A stretch of DNA of 32,000 nucleotides. Origin: Zygophlyctis sp. KS116. Lineage: Eukaryota; Fungi; Chytridiomycota. The DNA lies in the NCBI GenBank assembly GCA_054661495.1, contig BAAFSQ010000007.1, positions 60,670-92,669 on the forward strand. Reading direction: 5' to 3'. The number at the start of each line of letters is the position of its first letter. The first letter of the stretch is position 1. Shown piece by piece: positions 1 through 12,900 of the stretch. A model generated the notes under the pieces. It was not told where the DNA came from. It saw only the letters and a list, made by a program, of their open reading frames with translations, and made no database searches. The position numbers and the translations under genes are program-made.

Positions 1-1305
1 GAATAGATTTTCCTTAAATCCAGATAACCCCTTTTGTTTCAGCTTATAACCGTAAAACTCATGCGCCTGTTCCATTTTTTTGCTTAATTCTAGTTTACTA
101 TTCCATATATTCCCCCACAAGTCCATATAATACTCCAAGCTTTTTTTTCTAGAGTATCTCTGTGCTTTTAGAATCATTCTAGACTCTATTTTTGCTTTTT
201 TCCATCCTTCTTTCCAAACAGTGAATAATTTTTTTAAATTATATCTTTGAGAAAAATTTAGAGCCACATCTTGCCAGATTCTCTTTTCTTTGAGTGCAAA
301 AGTCCTTTTTATCCACTTTTTATAATTTTTTTCTTTTAATTTTGTATTAAAATACAGAATTCCCAATCTACACTCTTCTTGTTCTCTTTGACCAACACGA
401 TTTACCCATTTTTGTTTCATTTGGATAAAATAATGTTTTAATGTGTAAATTTCCCTTGATAAAACCACATATTTCTGAGTCAATACCTGCTTTTTAAGCC
501 CAAGAACAAACTCTTGCATAATTTTTCTTGTTTTCAGTGTCTGAACAATTTCTAAAATTTCTTTTTCCTTTAATGATGAAGAATATTGAAGTCTCCAAAG
601 TTTCCAGAGCCTATTTTTCGTATTTTTTTCATTGGTCCATTCCGCCAATTCCACTAAATTTCTTTTAAATTCTTTAAAAGTCTTTTGAATTTTCCAAATT
701 GAAAGAAATTTGGTGAAAATTTTTTCCTTACTTAACTCCAACATTTTTTGAATTTTTAGATTTTTTTGAATTTGATGCGTATATTTGTTGTTCCATATGA
801 TAAACCTTGTCGACAGTAGGGAGATCTGATATTTTTTAAGAGCATAAAATAAATTAGACTTTCGACAGAGATGAGTGCAGTACTCTAAATTCCATTTTTT
901 GAATTTAGATTTCTGTATTTGACAAGAAATTTTTCTTGACTCTTGAAAGGCTCTTTGAAATTTATGAAAATAAGCTTTTAACAGTTTTGTTTGTAGGTCA
1001 AGTTTTAGATTTTGGTTATAAAGACGTAAACCTTGCCATTTCCTTAGAGTCTTTGTTTTCAGAAATCTCTTTTCCTTTACAAGATTTTGATGTGCAAATG
1101 TAAATTTTAGAAAATTCCATTTTAAAATTTTCAACTTTGCGTAAACTTGAGCTCTAATCTCTAATTTCCAATTCCTCTTTGAGATATTTTTCCAAACTCT
1201 AAAAACCCCTACAAGAGCTTTCTTCTGTAAAGATTTTATGAATTTAATTTGCTTTATATACGCTTTCCACTGCTCTACAGACTGTCTTAACAGTTTTTTT
1301 GACAT
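1..1305 (-). CDS. Sfi1-repeat (centrin-binding) centrosome/spindle-pole-body-like protein, 3'-partial
   Basis: Not in the ORF track because it runs off the window. Manual translation from ATG 1305 is open to base 1 (MSKKLLRQSVEQWKAYIKQ...LVGFFRVWKN...FTKFLSIWKI...LKKLFTVWKE). It is basic and helical with regularly spaced F/L-x-x-W-K/R motifs typical of Sfi1 repeats. The true start may lie upstream. Confidence 0.7.
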   Translation of the reverse strand, partial: MSKKLLRQSVEQWKAYIKQIKFIKSLQKKALVGVFRVWKNISKRNWKLEIRAQVYAKLKILKWNFLKFTFAHQNLVKEKRFLKTKTLRKWQGLRLYNQNLKLDLQTKLLKAYFHKFQRAFQESRKISCQIQKSKFKKWNLEYCTHLCRKSNLFYALKKYQISLLSTRFIIWNNKYTHQIQKNLKIQKMLELSKEKIFTKFLSIWKIQKTFKEFKRNLVELAEWTNEKNTKNRLWKLWRLQYSSSLKEKEILEIVQTLKTRKIMQEFVLGLKKQVLTQKYVVLSREIYTLKHYFIQMKQKWVNRVGQREQEECRLGILYFNTKLKEKNYKKWIKRTFALKEKRIWQDVALNFSQRYNLKKLFTVWKEGWKKAKIESRMILKAQRYSRKKSLEYYMDLWGNIWNSKLELSKKMEQAHEFYGYKLKQKGLSGFKENLF

Positions 1306-1540
1306 TTTCAAGATTGAACGCGGTTCAGCTCAAGGGTTTTACCATTCCCCTAACTCTGAATCATCAACCAAGAGCAACAACCAAGATGAACCAAGAGCAT
1401 AAGTTATAATGAGATGGCATGAATTAATTTTTAGTTAAACATCAAGCTTGTAAAGATTAATTCTACTGCGTAATAACACTAGGTGATCAAATGACAAATT
1501 GGACGGTCGGCAGCCCTAAAATATTTTGTTTAAAGTAGAA

Positions 1541-2977
1541 ATGTCTTATTCTTACTCTACAGAGCCGCCGACAAATGGGAAAGTGATAGTAAAGACTACA
1601 GGAGGAGATCTAGAAGTAGAATTATGGGGAAAAGAAACTCCAAAAGCTGTACGAAACTTTTTACAATTGGCAATGGATAAGGAATATGATAATTCGCTTT
1701 TCTATAGACTGGTTCCTAAATTTCTCATGCAGGGAGGACCAATCAATAATGTATCAAGTTATGGAGAGGATTTTCAAGATGAATTTCATTCAAGACTTAA
1801 ATTTAATCGAAGAGGATTGTTGGCATATGCAAATTCAGGTCCGGATTCTAATAAATCACACTTCTTTTTCACTCTAGGACCAACTCCGGCATTAAATGGC
1901 TCAAATACAATCTTTGGGAAAGTGGTCGGAGATACTATTTATAATCTAGTTCAAATGGGTGAAGGAGAAGTAGATCAGGATGATGCACCACTAAATCCAA
2001 TTAGGATTCTAGAAATTGATATTCTTGTAAATCCTTTTGAAGATATGGTTTCAAAGTAATTTTTACAAATATTTACTGAATTTAGAGTACAGCCAGTTCT
2101 GGAAACAGTAGAGGAAAAGTTTGATAAGAAAAAATCAAGACTGGATGTCAAAAATGTACAGCTCTTGTCATTTGAAGAAGATGATAATCAATCTAATAAT
2201 ATTAAAATTAAAAGTAGTCATGATGTCTTGAAAACAGATGCTAGGCTTTCAAAAAGAACTCTTTCATCAGATTCGGAGTCTGAGTCTGGGGAATCTGGTC
2301 AAGAAGCTGGGTCAAATTTAAAGGAATCTAGGAAAAAGGTTAAAGAATTGCTTCCTTCAGAGAAAAGGTTGGAGTCTTTGAAAGATCAGGTTTCACAAAT
2401 GAAGGCAGAACTTAGAGGAAAATTAAAACCAAAAGAAGAAAAACCTCAAAAGACTAAGAAACATATATCATTAGTGGATCAAATTAGGAATGATTACTTA
2501 AAGTCGGGTAAAGTAACGGTCGGAAAGAAAAGTAAAAAGAGTGATAAATCATTTCTTCAAATGGAAAACTTTAAATCAATTTTACATGAAAAAACTACTA
2601 CATCCACTCTGAAAGAAAAAAAGTCTCATGACAAGGAAGAAAAAGAATGTAAATTGCATCTGATAAAGAACTGTGCTAGCTGTGTTGATCGTTTTGGAAT
2701 GGAAGATCAAGGTGATGATGACGATGAGGATTGGATGAATACATCGCTTGTTTTTAAAAAGGAAGTTGGAGCAAATGTTTATCAACCGAAACCAGATGAT
2801 TATACGGTGATTGATCCCAGAATGTAAGTTTTTGAATTATTAATCAGAAACAGTGATGTCACGAAAAAAGTTGATCTATTCGGAAAAAGTGCTCCTTCAG
2901 AAAAAAGGGCCTGGTCTGAGAAGGCGATCAAGACAAACAGAAAGGAAGTTCAGTCAAGTAGTTACTCAAAAAGGTAG
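1541..2977 (+). CDS. CWC27: Spliceosome-associated cyclophilin CWC27
   Basis: N-terminus EPPTNGKV...ELWGKETPKAVRNFLQL, DEFHSRLKFNRRGL, TIFGKVVGDTIYN, then KNVQLLSFEE and a charged tail. Introns 2056-2085 and 2824-2847 (or -2853) join the ORFs in frame. Confidence 0.92.
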
Positions 2978-3021
2978 AAGGAATAAATATTACATGTGTT
3001 GAAATAAAAATAGATAATATA

Positions 3022-5700
3022 TCATTCAAAGAGCCCAACGAGATCTTCCAAAGTCACTTGACTGCTTCCAGTCACAGCTCCTACCAAGGCCGATTTCTTT
3101 CTTTGTATTCCTAGGATCTTTTCCTCCACTGAGTCTTTTACTATGAACCGCTTGACAGTCACTGGTTTTGTCTGACCAAGCCGGTGCACTCTGTCAATCG
3201 CCCTAACTATTACTGAAACTTCACTCACTGATTTTCAACGCTTTCATTCCACCAAGGATCTAGCAGAAATACATATGATGCCTCTGTAAGATTCAAACCG
3301 ACTCCTAATAATATGAAATAATAAAATATTACCAGTAGCACGTAAGCTAGCAATCAATATCCTAGCTTTGGGATCATGCTTGAATCTTTTGATAGCCTGA
3401 TCACGCCTTGACTGACTCATACTACCATCAAGTCTTACAAATTCCAGTTTATGCGTGTTAAGTTCTGTTTCGACTATATCAAGCATACTTGTCCATTGTG
3501 AAAAGCAAATACATTTCGATTCATCATCCTGTGAAAACATAAAAGAAATATTCTCCATAAGAGAAGCCAACTTGGATGAGCGCTTAAAGTGGATAGATTT
3601 TAAATTGATTTTTGGAGCTTTCGAAGCCGATTCAGTGTTAGAATCCTCAATCTCCAAATCGTTCTTGATGATTTGCAGAATTTGTGCTTCAGAAAACTCT
3701 TTTCGGCAAACGGGACATTCTCCAGGAATTCCCTTCTCTTGATTTTTTTGAAGAATATCTTCAACGCATATCTGGCAAAGTATATGCAGACATGCCGGCA
3801 AAAGAATACCATTAACACAATCTTCAAAGCATACCTAAAATTAATTCGAAAATAAATACCGGACACTCTTTTTTATCAGCCTTTTCCAACTCTGAAACTA
3901 GATTAGAGGCAAAGTCGGATTGAGAATCACCATAGTAGTTAAACAGTAAGTCTTTAATCTCTACTGTTCTTGCCATATCCAAAGAAGCTTGGGATGACTT
4001 AATCAGCATAGGATGGTCGCAGAGAAGACGAAGATATAATATTAACTGAAAGACTCGAGCATAATCTACCTTCCCGATAATTTTTAAGTTGTACAATTGT
4101 TCACGGGAATACTTTAGTTAATTAGAGTAAATATCTTACTGTATTAATCGCAGAATATATTTTTCTCTCTTCCGCTGAAAAATCTAAAAATACAGTTTCA
4201 ACATTTTTCGGTGGTAGCGTAACAATTGGGTTACCATTTTCATCATTCATATCCTTGGTTCGACGCAGTAAAATCTGCTCGAGTACTGAGTGTACTGCCT
4301 GCATAGCTTTTGGATCCTTTCGTTCAAAAGGCTCTGTTATAAATGCACGCCAAAAAGAAGCCTGACTCCAAGGGTGTATTCTTATAAAGTGAACAAGAGA
4401 AAATAAATCATCCAGCCTATTCACAATTGGTGTACCAGTTACAGCCCACCGATTAGTTGCAGAGAGTGAATAGCATGCCTTTGCCATCTTTGTTGATTTT
4501 TCCTTTATATATTGTGCTTCATCAAGCACCACTCTATGCCATTGCACACTATAAAGAGGAGAGTTTGGATCAGAGAATTCACTACTTAATGTTCCATATG
4601 TAGTAAGACTATTCTATCAGCTAAAAATTATATACATGACTTCCGGACATCCCTTTGTACCCAGCTTATACTTTGAAGATCGCAAGTTTCCATAATAAAT
4701 ATCACAAGAAAGATCCTGAGCCTGAAAACATTTTTCAATCTCACTTTTCCATTGGGATAAAACATTTAAAGGACAAACTATAAGAGTAGCTCTTGTTTTT
4801 GGTATATTTCCACCTGAATCATTTTCCGCATCAAACCTATGACTATGAATTAATGAAAGCATCTCAATTGTTTTCCCAAGCCCCATATCATCAGCCAATA
4901 TCCCTCCAAAACAATGATCTTCAACTGGCATATTATTCTGCAAAAGCCCTGAAAATGGATTAAAATACAAAAACGTGTCATGAAGAGAATACTCTAACCA
5001 AAGCGGTGATAAACACTCTCTTGAACCAACAGTAGTTTCTTTAGAAATCATAAATTCCAAAGCAACCTAAAATATTAGATCAAGAACAATAGAATACTTT
5101 TTGATAATCTCTCAACTCCACCTTCATCCCAGGATCAGGCTCTCTACCTTTTAATCCTGTAAATCTATTAGAATATAATCCTTGCTCCAGTAATTCCTGA
5201 GATACTAAATCCTGAATCACTTCTTCAGGACATTTAGCTCCATCTGAATGCAAAACTTTAAGTTCATTCACAAGTTTATCCGGCAATGATCCTCTAAGAG
5301 GAGTCAATCCCAACCTTGAAAACAATTGAAAAAGTGCAATTTTCCTTCCTTTTAGTAATTGATAGTCCATCCTCTTTAGAATATTTTCTGAAACCATTCC
5401 ATTTTCTGTCAAGTAAATAGATAATGAAACCAAAATTTCATCTCCTATTCGAAGCGGCTCTTGCGCAAATAATAAATTACCAGATATTTTTACAATTTCT
5501 TGATCTAGTAAAATTGATAAAAAACTTGAAGATTCAGCCTCTAATTTCCCTAACGTCTCCATCTTCATACTCAAAAACCGAATAATTGAGTTCTTGGTTG
5601 ACGGTATCCTAGAAATAATCAAATCCGATCCTGAATCTAATTTCACAGAGCCCTTGATACAAGATAGTCCCTGCACGAGCACATCGCCTAAAAATATCAT
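3022..5700 (-). CDS. RAD5: RAD5-like SNF2 helicase/RING E3 ligase with HIRAN-like N-terminus
   Basis: [39 protein letters not shown] (CPVC..C.H..C..C..CPVC), [20 protein letters not shown]. Introns at 5067-5097, 4609-4635, 4112-4139, 3835-3859, 3305-3332 and 3203-3228 restore the frame. Confidence 0.9.
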
Positions 5701-5819
5701 GATCTAGAATGATTGAGTTATAAGAAGATTAAAGTGATTGAAACCAAGAGTTAAATTAGTGTGAAAGTCAATGTCTAGGAGCAGCACTACAAAATCCCAA
5801 AAAACAAAAAATCATTAAT

Positions 5820-6314
5820 ATGCTACAACATACCTTTAGGATGATACCTTCAATAACAAGATCAACATATAGCCACATAGGACTATCAATGCTATCAAAT
5901 AGTTTAAGGAATATGGCAACGCTGAATCAAGTGATTAGAGGATGTAGAATTCCTAGAATTAAAGAATCGGCTTCACCTGCTCTGGATGGATGTCCTCAGA
6001 GGAGAGGTGTGGTTTTAAAGATCTTTACTGTCAAGCCAAAAAAACCAAATTCTGCGCAGAGAAAGGTTGCAAGAGTCAAATTAACAACTGGAAAGGCAGT
6101 CAAGGCTTATATTGCCGGTGAGGGTCATAATCTTCAGGAACATTCAGTTGTGTTGGTAAGAGGTGGTAGAGTTCCTGATTGTCCTGGTGTGTCTTATAAA
6201 ATTGTGCGTGGGGCGCTGGACTGTCAAGGTGTTGCTGGAAGAATGCAGTCTAGATCTAAATATGGAACTAAAAAGCCAAAGGGAGATGAAAAGACTAAAG
6301 GAAAGAAAAAATGA
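5820..6314 (+). CDS. MRPS12: Mitochondrial ribosomal protein uS12m with N-terminal presequence
   Basis: MATLNQ...[58 protein letters not shown]. About 30 aa acid-free Ser/Arg-rich leader. Confidence 0.95.
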   Translation: MLQHTFRMIPSITRSTYSHIGLSMLSNSLRNMATLNQVIRGCRIPRIKESASPALDGCPQRRGVVLKIFTVKPKKPNSAQRKVARVKLTTGKAVKAYIAGEGHNLQEHSVVLVRGGRVPDCPGVSYKIVRGALDCQGVAGRMQSRSKYGTKKPKGDEKTKGKKK

Positions 6315-6328
6315 TTGCAAGCCTTTTT

Positions 6329-8870
6329 CTAGACTAAATAAATATATTCATCACGATTTGTTACGTCTCTTTCTATGTAGGCCTTGTCTAATAAGATATC
6401 AATACATTTTTTAATTAGAGAAACTGATGGATAAAAGCGAGATTTTGATAATTCAATAGCTTCAGAGACTAACAGTGAGTGAACAAGTCGCTTTTTAGAC
6501 TTCATGATTCGGACCAAGATGGCTTGCAAATAAAGGCTTCGATCGTCATCTATAGATTTCTTTAGAGTTTCAGACTCTTGGGCATCTGATGATGAAGATG
6601 TTGCCATGGGTACTTTAATTTTGATTTTTTTACTATATTTAGTAGAATGAAACTACCTAGTGAAATTAGCATTTATAGATATTAAGCAGTCTTTTCCTTG
6701 TCCAGTACGTACAAGAATATTTAAATCAATCAATGGCTTTAAATGACGCTCAAGTTCAGCAAAAGTCATACTTGTCTGGCTTGATAATGACTCAAAAGTT
6801 TGGGCTTCATAGTGATTAAATAGAGACAAGATGCTAATTTGTTGAAGAGACATTTGTAATTCATATCTCTTATCATAACCATTCAATTTAACGTCAACTA
6901 GAGTAACTAAATTAAAAGTTACCTCGAGATAAAAAGTTTAGCCATGTTAATTTTCTGCCACTATGCTGCTTTGTATAAAATTTAGTAAATTCATCAATAC
7001 TTTTCTCCAACTTACAATTAAATTTTTAGTAATTACAACTGAAGGAAGATTGAATTGATTGGGAGAGTTGCTTGGAAAGGGCCATGAACCAGAAGTCAAG
7101 ATCAATATGTTGAAATCTACTACCAGTAAAATATGGTAAAAAAGATACATCCCAAAGACTGGAAGAGTTCATCACGCGCATATTCAGCAAATTGGCTGTT
7201 CATAGTACTACTTAGCTGGATATCTGTAACCATTCTTTGCAGCTTGTTTGTATACTCTGCTCCACAAGCCTCCTAAAAGTCATTAATAAATGTTTACACG
7301 AAGTCTAGAAATCATAAATTGTTCCACATCATCAGATATTGATGAAGAAAATACTAACCGCTTTGCCATAGAACGAGTATAGTGCTTTTGAAACACGTCC
7401 TTGTCATCCACGAATCTAAATAAAAGAATCATATTTGAAAGCTTTTCTTCAAGTTCAGACTCTTCAATTTGAAGCTTTGGCATTTTTTTAAGTAATAAAT
7501 CACTATATCTAGCTAGAATTTCTGCACTTGCAAGAGAAAGTCCAGGATAAGTACGATTAATAACAGTACGAAACGCCTTACATTAACCAAACAATCATTA
7601 CCTTATCTATCGAAGCCGCGAAAAGAGGCTCATTAGGAAACACTTGTGCCTTGAGACTCATCAACTCCTGATATAGACTATAAAGAATATTGACATAGTC
7701 TCGAGGATCCTAAAATTACCCAATCATCAATACCTTTTCAGTTTTTGTAAATTCTAATAATTTCCCCTCTCCAAGACCCGCACAATATTTCTCAAAGATT
7801 TCTAGCATGGGATCTATCCCCATATCAATCCTAACTAGCAACTCATACATTCTACTACAATCTAGTTTTAAATTATTTAAAAAACCTTGGAATAGATTCC
7901 CAACAATCATATTGTAAAATTCTGAATACATTTTCTCCTTATAGTCTTGAATAAGCCTTGATTCCACTTGTTTCATGATTAATAAGACTGATTCTGAATC
8001 ACAAATTTTGTTTAAGAAATCAGATTCACTCTGTAACCTATTTTTTGCCTTGAATTAATCATATTAACTTTACATAAACCATATAATCAGAAATATTAAG
8101 TAATTCCACCTTTATCTTTGCCTCATTTTCATAAAATTCACTTGTTAGTTTAAGCATTGGATCTTGAAATAAACTCTTAAAGGTTTCAGACTGATTTAAA
8201 GAAAACTTGTCCACTTCCACTATAAATATAAAAGCGAAATTTAATTTACATAATGAATTAGAAATATCCCTTAAAACATCTAAATTTAACCCAGATTTTT
8301 CTCTTTCCAACTGTACATTTTCAAAAAAATCTCTAAATATGACTTGATTTTCTTCAAGAAATAAATTTTGTTTCCATATTTCCAATGCCAACTTTAAATT
8401 ACTTTATAGTAATTACCTGATAAATATTCATAAATTCCTGTCCGTCTGTTGGTTCGAATCTCCTTGGCTCGTGTTCGTCCTGATACGATGATAAATTGTA
8501 TTTAGTCAATATCCTATTTAAATAATCACAAACATAATTCATATGTCCAGCCGATTCCGAGTATTTTTTCCAATTCATTGAATAATTAACAGAAACTTGT
8601 TGCGAAGTTTGAATAGTCTGATATTTAGAATATTCAAATACCGAAAATATACTATTGACTCTATCCGTCAAGAACAGTTTCAACTTATCATATAATTCCA
8701 CTGCAAAAGACTCTGGCGTACAAGTGCAAATATCAAACACAGACTGATAAAGAGTCGACGCAGAGACTTTTTCATTTCCAGTAAATAATAATAGCAATGA
8801 GGCTTCAAGACTAGCATACACTTGATTAAAATCGAAATTCTAAAATATTAAAAATACAAGATACAGTCAT
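6329..8870 (-). CDS. Cullin, most like CUL2 (multi-exon)
   Basis: FRFVDDKDVFQKHYTRSMAKRL, LTSGSWPF, neddylation domain DDRSLYLQAILVRIMKSKK...IKKCIDILLDKAYIER. First exon ATGACT (8865-8870) followed by a 25-nt intron (8840-8864); many further short introns. Confidence 0.9.
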
Positions 8871-9202
8871 TACAAAGTATTATTTTTTTAAGACGTTTTC
8901 CGATTAGATACAATCTTTCAATGATTCTGATGGTTAAACTGTCCGAATCGTTGAATCTAGTACTGATCGAATATCGTGTATTTCAGCCATCAGCCATCAA
9001 CCATGCCGCAATGCAGCCATGCATCATGAAAAAATAAATTGGGGATCGTCGATGAAAATATCATCAAGCGATTATCTAAACATTGACTGATCATCTAAAC
9101 ATTGACTGATTGTTGGTATTTCCCGAACTTGTCCGATTGACTTGTCCGATTATATTTGCGGTAATTATAAATGATAATGAGTCGCTAGATACAGTAAGGT
9201 TG

Positions 9203-12200
9203 ATGACCGGCTTGGATTGGAAGCCATTGATTTCCGTTGGGTTTTTGTTTTGTATTGGTACATCAGTCTTTCTAAGAAGTATTAATGCTAAAATACATGT
9301 TGGCTCTGAATGTATTTTTCTATGGTTTAATTGAATAGATTTGGCAATTTCTCAGATAATACAACTCTTAAAGTCTAACAAGATTCGTAAAAATAAGGCT
9401 CTATTGATTGAATCGTATTTTTAAAACATGTAAATACTAGTACGATGCGAGTATTGGTGGATAGATTACTTTCAGAAGAAAACTATCATATTTTGATTGA
9501 TGGATTAGAGTCAAAAGATTTAGAATTGAAATTTAAATGTGTAAATGGGATTTTAGAAGCTATAAAACTGGAAAATAATCGTGGATTTTTAGCAAATCAA
9601 GAGTTGATAGAGAAATTAACAAGAGGATTGGTCGAGGTAAAGGAGTTTTCCAGAGTAGAGAGTAAATATCTTCAGGCATTGTACTTTTTAGTATCTACAA
9701 ATGGTATTTTTTATTGTCTAAAATTGTAAAGACTTGAAAAATAAATGGATTGTAGATTATGGAATTCTAAATACTCTAAAAGGATTGATTGATTCTTCTA
9801 AAAGATTTAAAAATGATGATTCAAAATATTGGGCTATAAATTTATTATATCAGATAGCAGTGTGTAATGATTTACAAGATGAATTGGTTAAAATGGGATT
9901 TATAAAGGATTTATCAATTTTTACAAGAGAGTTTTATGGAAATACTGGGTATCAGAAAATGGGTCTTCATTCTGTTGTTATGTTGTTGGCTTCTGTTGAA
10001 TTGAATCAAGTGAAATTGCATTTAAATGATTTAGAAAAGTTTAATTTCTCAAAAACAGTGGCTACAGCATTAAAACAAGATGATATTGAACTCTCTTGCT
10101 GGGCTGCGTTCTTGATGCGTAAGTTTATTTAGAAATTTAACCAAATTAGATGAATATTCTATAAGAGGTTTGAAAAAATTGGCTAAATTTAGACATGTTT
10201 AAAGACTCTTTTACAGAATGTAGAGGTATTTTAAAGTCAATAGGAAAACTGATTTCACATGATGATACATGTATTCCAAGAATAACTATTCGCTCTTTAA
10301 AACATTTGGCTCAAGATAATTTAGAATTCCAGAATTTGATTATTAAGAATGGTCTTTTATCACAAATTATCAAAAAATTGAAGCCGATTGATAAGTCTTT
10401 TGACACTCAGTATTGGTCTGTAGTATTCTTTCACACTTTACTGCTGAATGAAGGCTCTCATGCAGAATTTCTAGATTCCGAAGGGCTTCAAGGAATTATC
10501 AATATTGGACTGTGTGAATGTCCTAAAAATTTAAAGGTATTTTTGAGAATTAAACACTAGATTTATATTGCGGATGTTATTTTGTGTCTGGCTGTGAATG
10601 CTGATAATCTAGAGGCAGTACTGGACTCAGATATACTTAGACTAATTCATTCATTCCTTAAAGAATCTGACCCAGAAATCGTTCATGCTGGACTTACTCT
10701 TTTATTAAATGTCATTTCCATATCAAGTAATTTTTTGTTTTAAAGATGTAGATGATGTGATTGATTTGTTTACTCAGGAGTGTGGACTTCAGACCCTTTC
10801 TACTATGATTATTGAAAACGATGACTGTCAGGTGAAAAAAGTAATTGCAAAATGTTTTTTAGTTATTGCTAAGCGAAGACCGAATCATAAATATCAAATT
10901 CTATTATCTGCGTTTCTACCATCAATTCATCAATTAGTAAGGCTAACATCAACAACTGTTAATAATATACTTAATGGCTCGAAAATTCCTGCTAGAGAAC
11001 TAGCTATTCGCAATTTTTATGCAGAAAGTGCCAAAAAATACTTTTTTGATTCTGGTTCGAAGACATGCGATCCTGACATATACAGTTATTTAAATGTTGT
11101 TTCAGTTTTTCTTGATAGCCCAGTATTCGACAATGTCGGTCTTACAGAAAGCCGTATCAGCTTGGATAAGGTTCTTGGCGGTACGATTCAAGAATTATCT
11201 ACGTATCTTTTAGACCTGATGGCGCTACCTCTGATTCAAAAAATTACTATGCATAAAAATCTCGAGAATATTGATGAAACGCCTGATTTCAATTTGATTG
11301 CTAATTATTGCCTTGGAATTATACCTTTCTTTTGCAAATATGGTTTGTTCTATTTCAAGTATTGATTTTATAGAATCATGCAGTACTACTTTTACAAAGG
11401 AGAAGATGGTTTTATTATTCCATGCGCTTTTCGCCAGTAATGACGCATTAATTTCAGACCAAATTATCTTATCGCTAGCCAAATGTGTCAAGAATGGATT
11501 CCCATTGTTTGAAGTTTTTACGCTACCGGTTGATTTCCTAAAACAACTGAATTTATATTGTACGGCTTCGTTATCTATAGAGGTTAAATTTTTTGGCAGA
11601 TATCTAATTCATAAATTAGTATCTGTAATGCAGGACGAGAAGCCTAATGGTTTGACTTTTGAAACTGGTGGGCTTTTCGTTGGAAGTGAAAATATGCTGG
11701 TATTTTTTAGCAATTATACTGAATCGCTAGAGAAATTGTAGCTGGACCTTTGAGTCGATTTGCTTTAATATTCCTGTTTCATCACACGGTAAATTTATGT
11801 ATGAGGTTACTGTTGAAACACTTGGAATTATCCAAATAGGCTGGACCTCGGACATTTCTAATTTTGACCCAGAAAGGGGATTTGGAGTTGGAGATGATGA
11901 CTTTTCCTTTTCAATTGATGGATATCGTGCAAAAAAATGGCATGCCGATTGCAGACAAGACGTAAGTTTTGTGAAGTAATATTTTAGAACTCATACGGGG
12001 AATATTTTCAAATTGGGGATATTATTAGTGCCATGATTGATTTAGATGAGGAAACCATTAGTTACTTGATCAATGGAAAACAGTTAGGGGTTGCATTCGA
12101 GAAATTCGAGTCAAATAAACTATGGTAAGTTACACAGAAAATAAAATTAGGTTTCCAGCAATATCTTTGGCTTCTGATCAAGAATGTAAAGTATCTCTTG

Positions 12201-12900
12201 GGGGTGAAATCTACCCTTTGCGGTACGCATTTTGTTTTGATATATAGCTACCCTCAGCCTTCCTATTTTCCTATTTGTGACTTCCTCAGATACAATGATA
12301 TTCATGACAACCTAGCTTTTGGAGAAGCAATTTCCTCTCCTATTAAAGAATTTCTATCTGCCTCTTACATTAACCCAAATTCAGTTAATGAGCAATATTC
12401 TCTGGTGTTGCAATTACCTGAAAAAGATTCGACTCTGACCAAAATACCACAGGCAGGAGTTATTGACTTTGAACATCAGAAATTGATAATGTGTGCTATT
12501 TTACCCCATGGAAAATACTCTATTTATTCTTGCAAATTCACAAAGTATCAAAAAATCCCTTGGGACGTAATTAATGATTCATTAAGATCCTCTCTTTCTA
12601 ATATTGATAGAGTAAATTCTAATCTGGAGGAGGAGGATGCAGACAGGGCATCATATGCTCCATCTATTGTAATATCTCCATCATCTCCTTCAGCAGCAAC
12701 AACTTTTGAACACGATGAATCTGATTTGTTGCGGCTAGAAATAATTCTCAAGGAAAAATCAATCATTCATTTTTGTATTAATGGCAAAGAAATTGGTAAT
12801 TCTATTATTTCTAAAAATAGGTGATCCAATATTTTCCAAAGAAAAAAGTAATTTGTTTCCAATTGTACGAGGAATCCAAGACTTTAGAGTAAACTTTTAA
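9203..12900 (+). CDS. N-terminal TM + armadillo-repeat + SPRY-domain protein (multi-exon)
   Basis: Hydrophobic N-terminus (WKPLISVGFLFCIGTSVFL), long ARM-like helical region, SPRY motifs MYEVTVETLGIIQIGW, GFGVGDDDFSFSIDG, GDIISAMIDLDEETISYLINGKQLGVAF, FPAISL. ORF pieces are joined by short GT-AG introns. The start codon is uncertain. Confidence 0.75.

Noticed and set aside
3022-12900. Fragmented ORFs as pseudogenes or an alternative genetic code
   Set aside because: The breaks I checked coincide with short GT-AG introns that restore frame and conserved motifs under the standard code.
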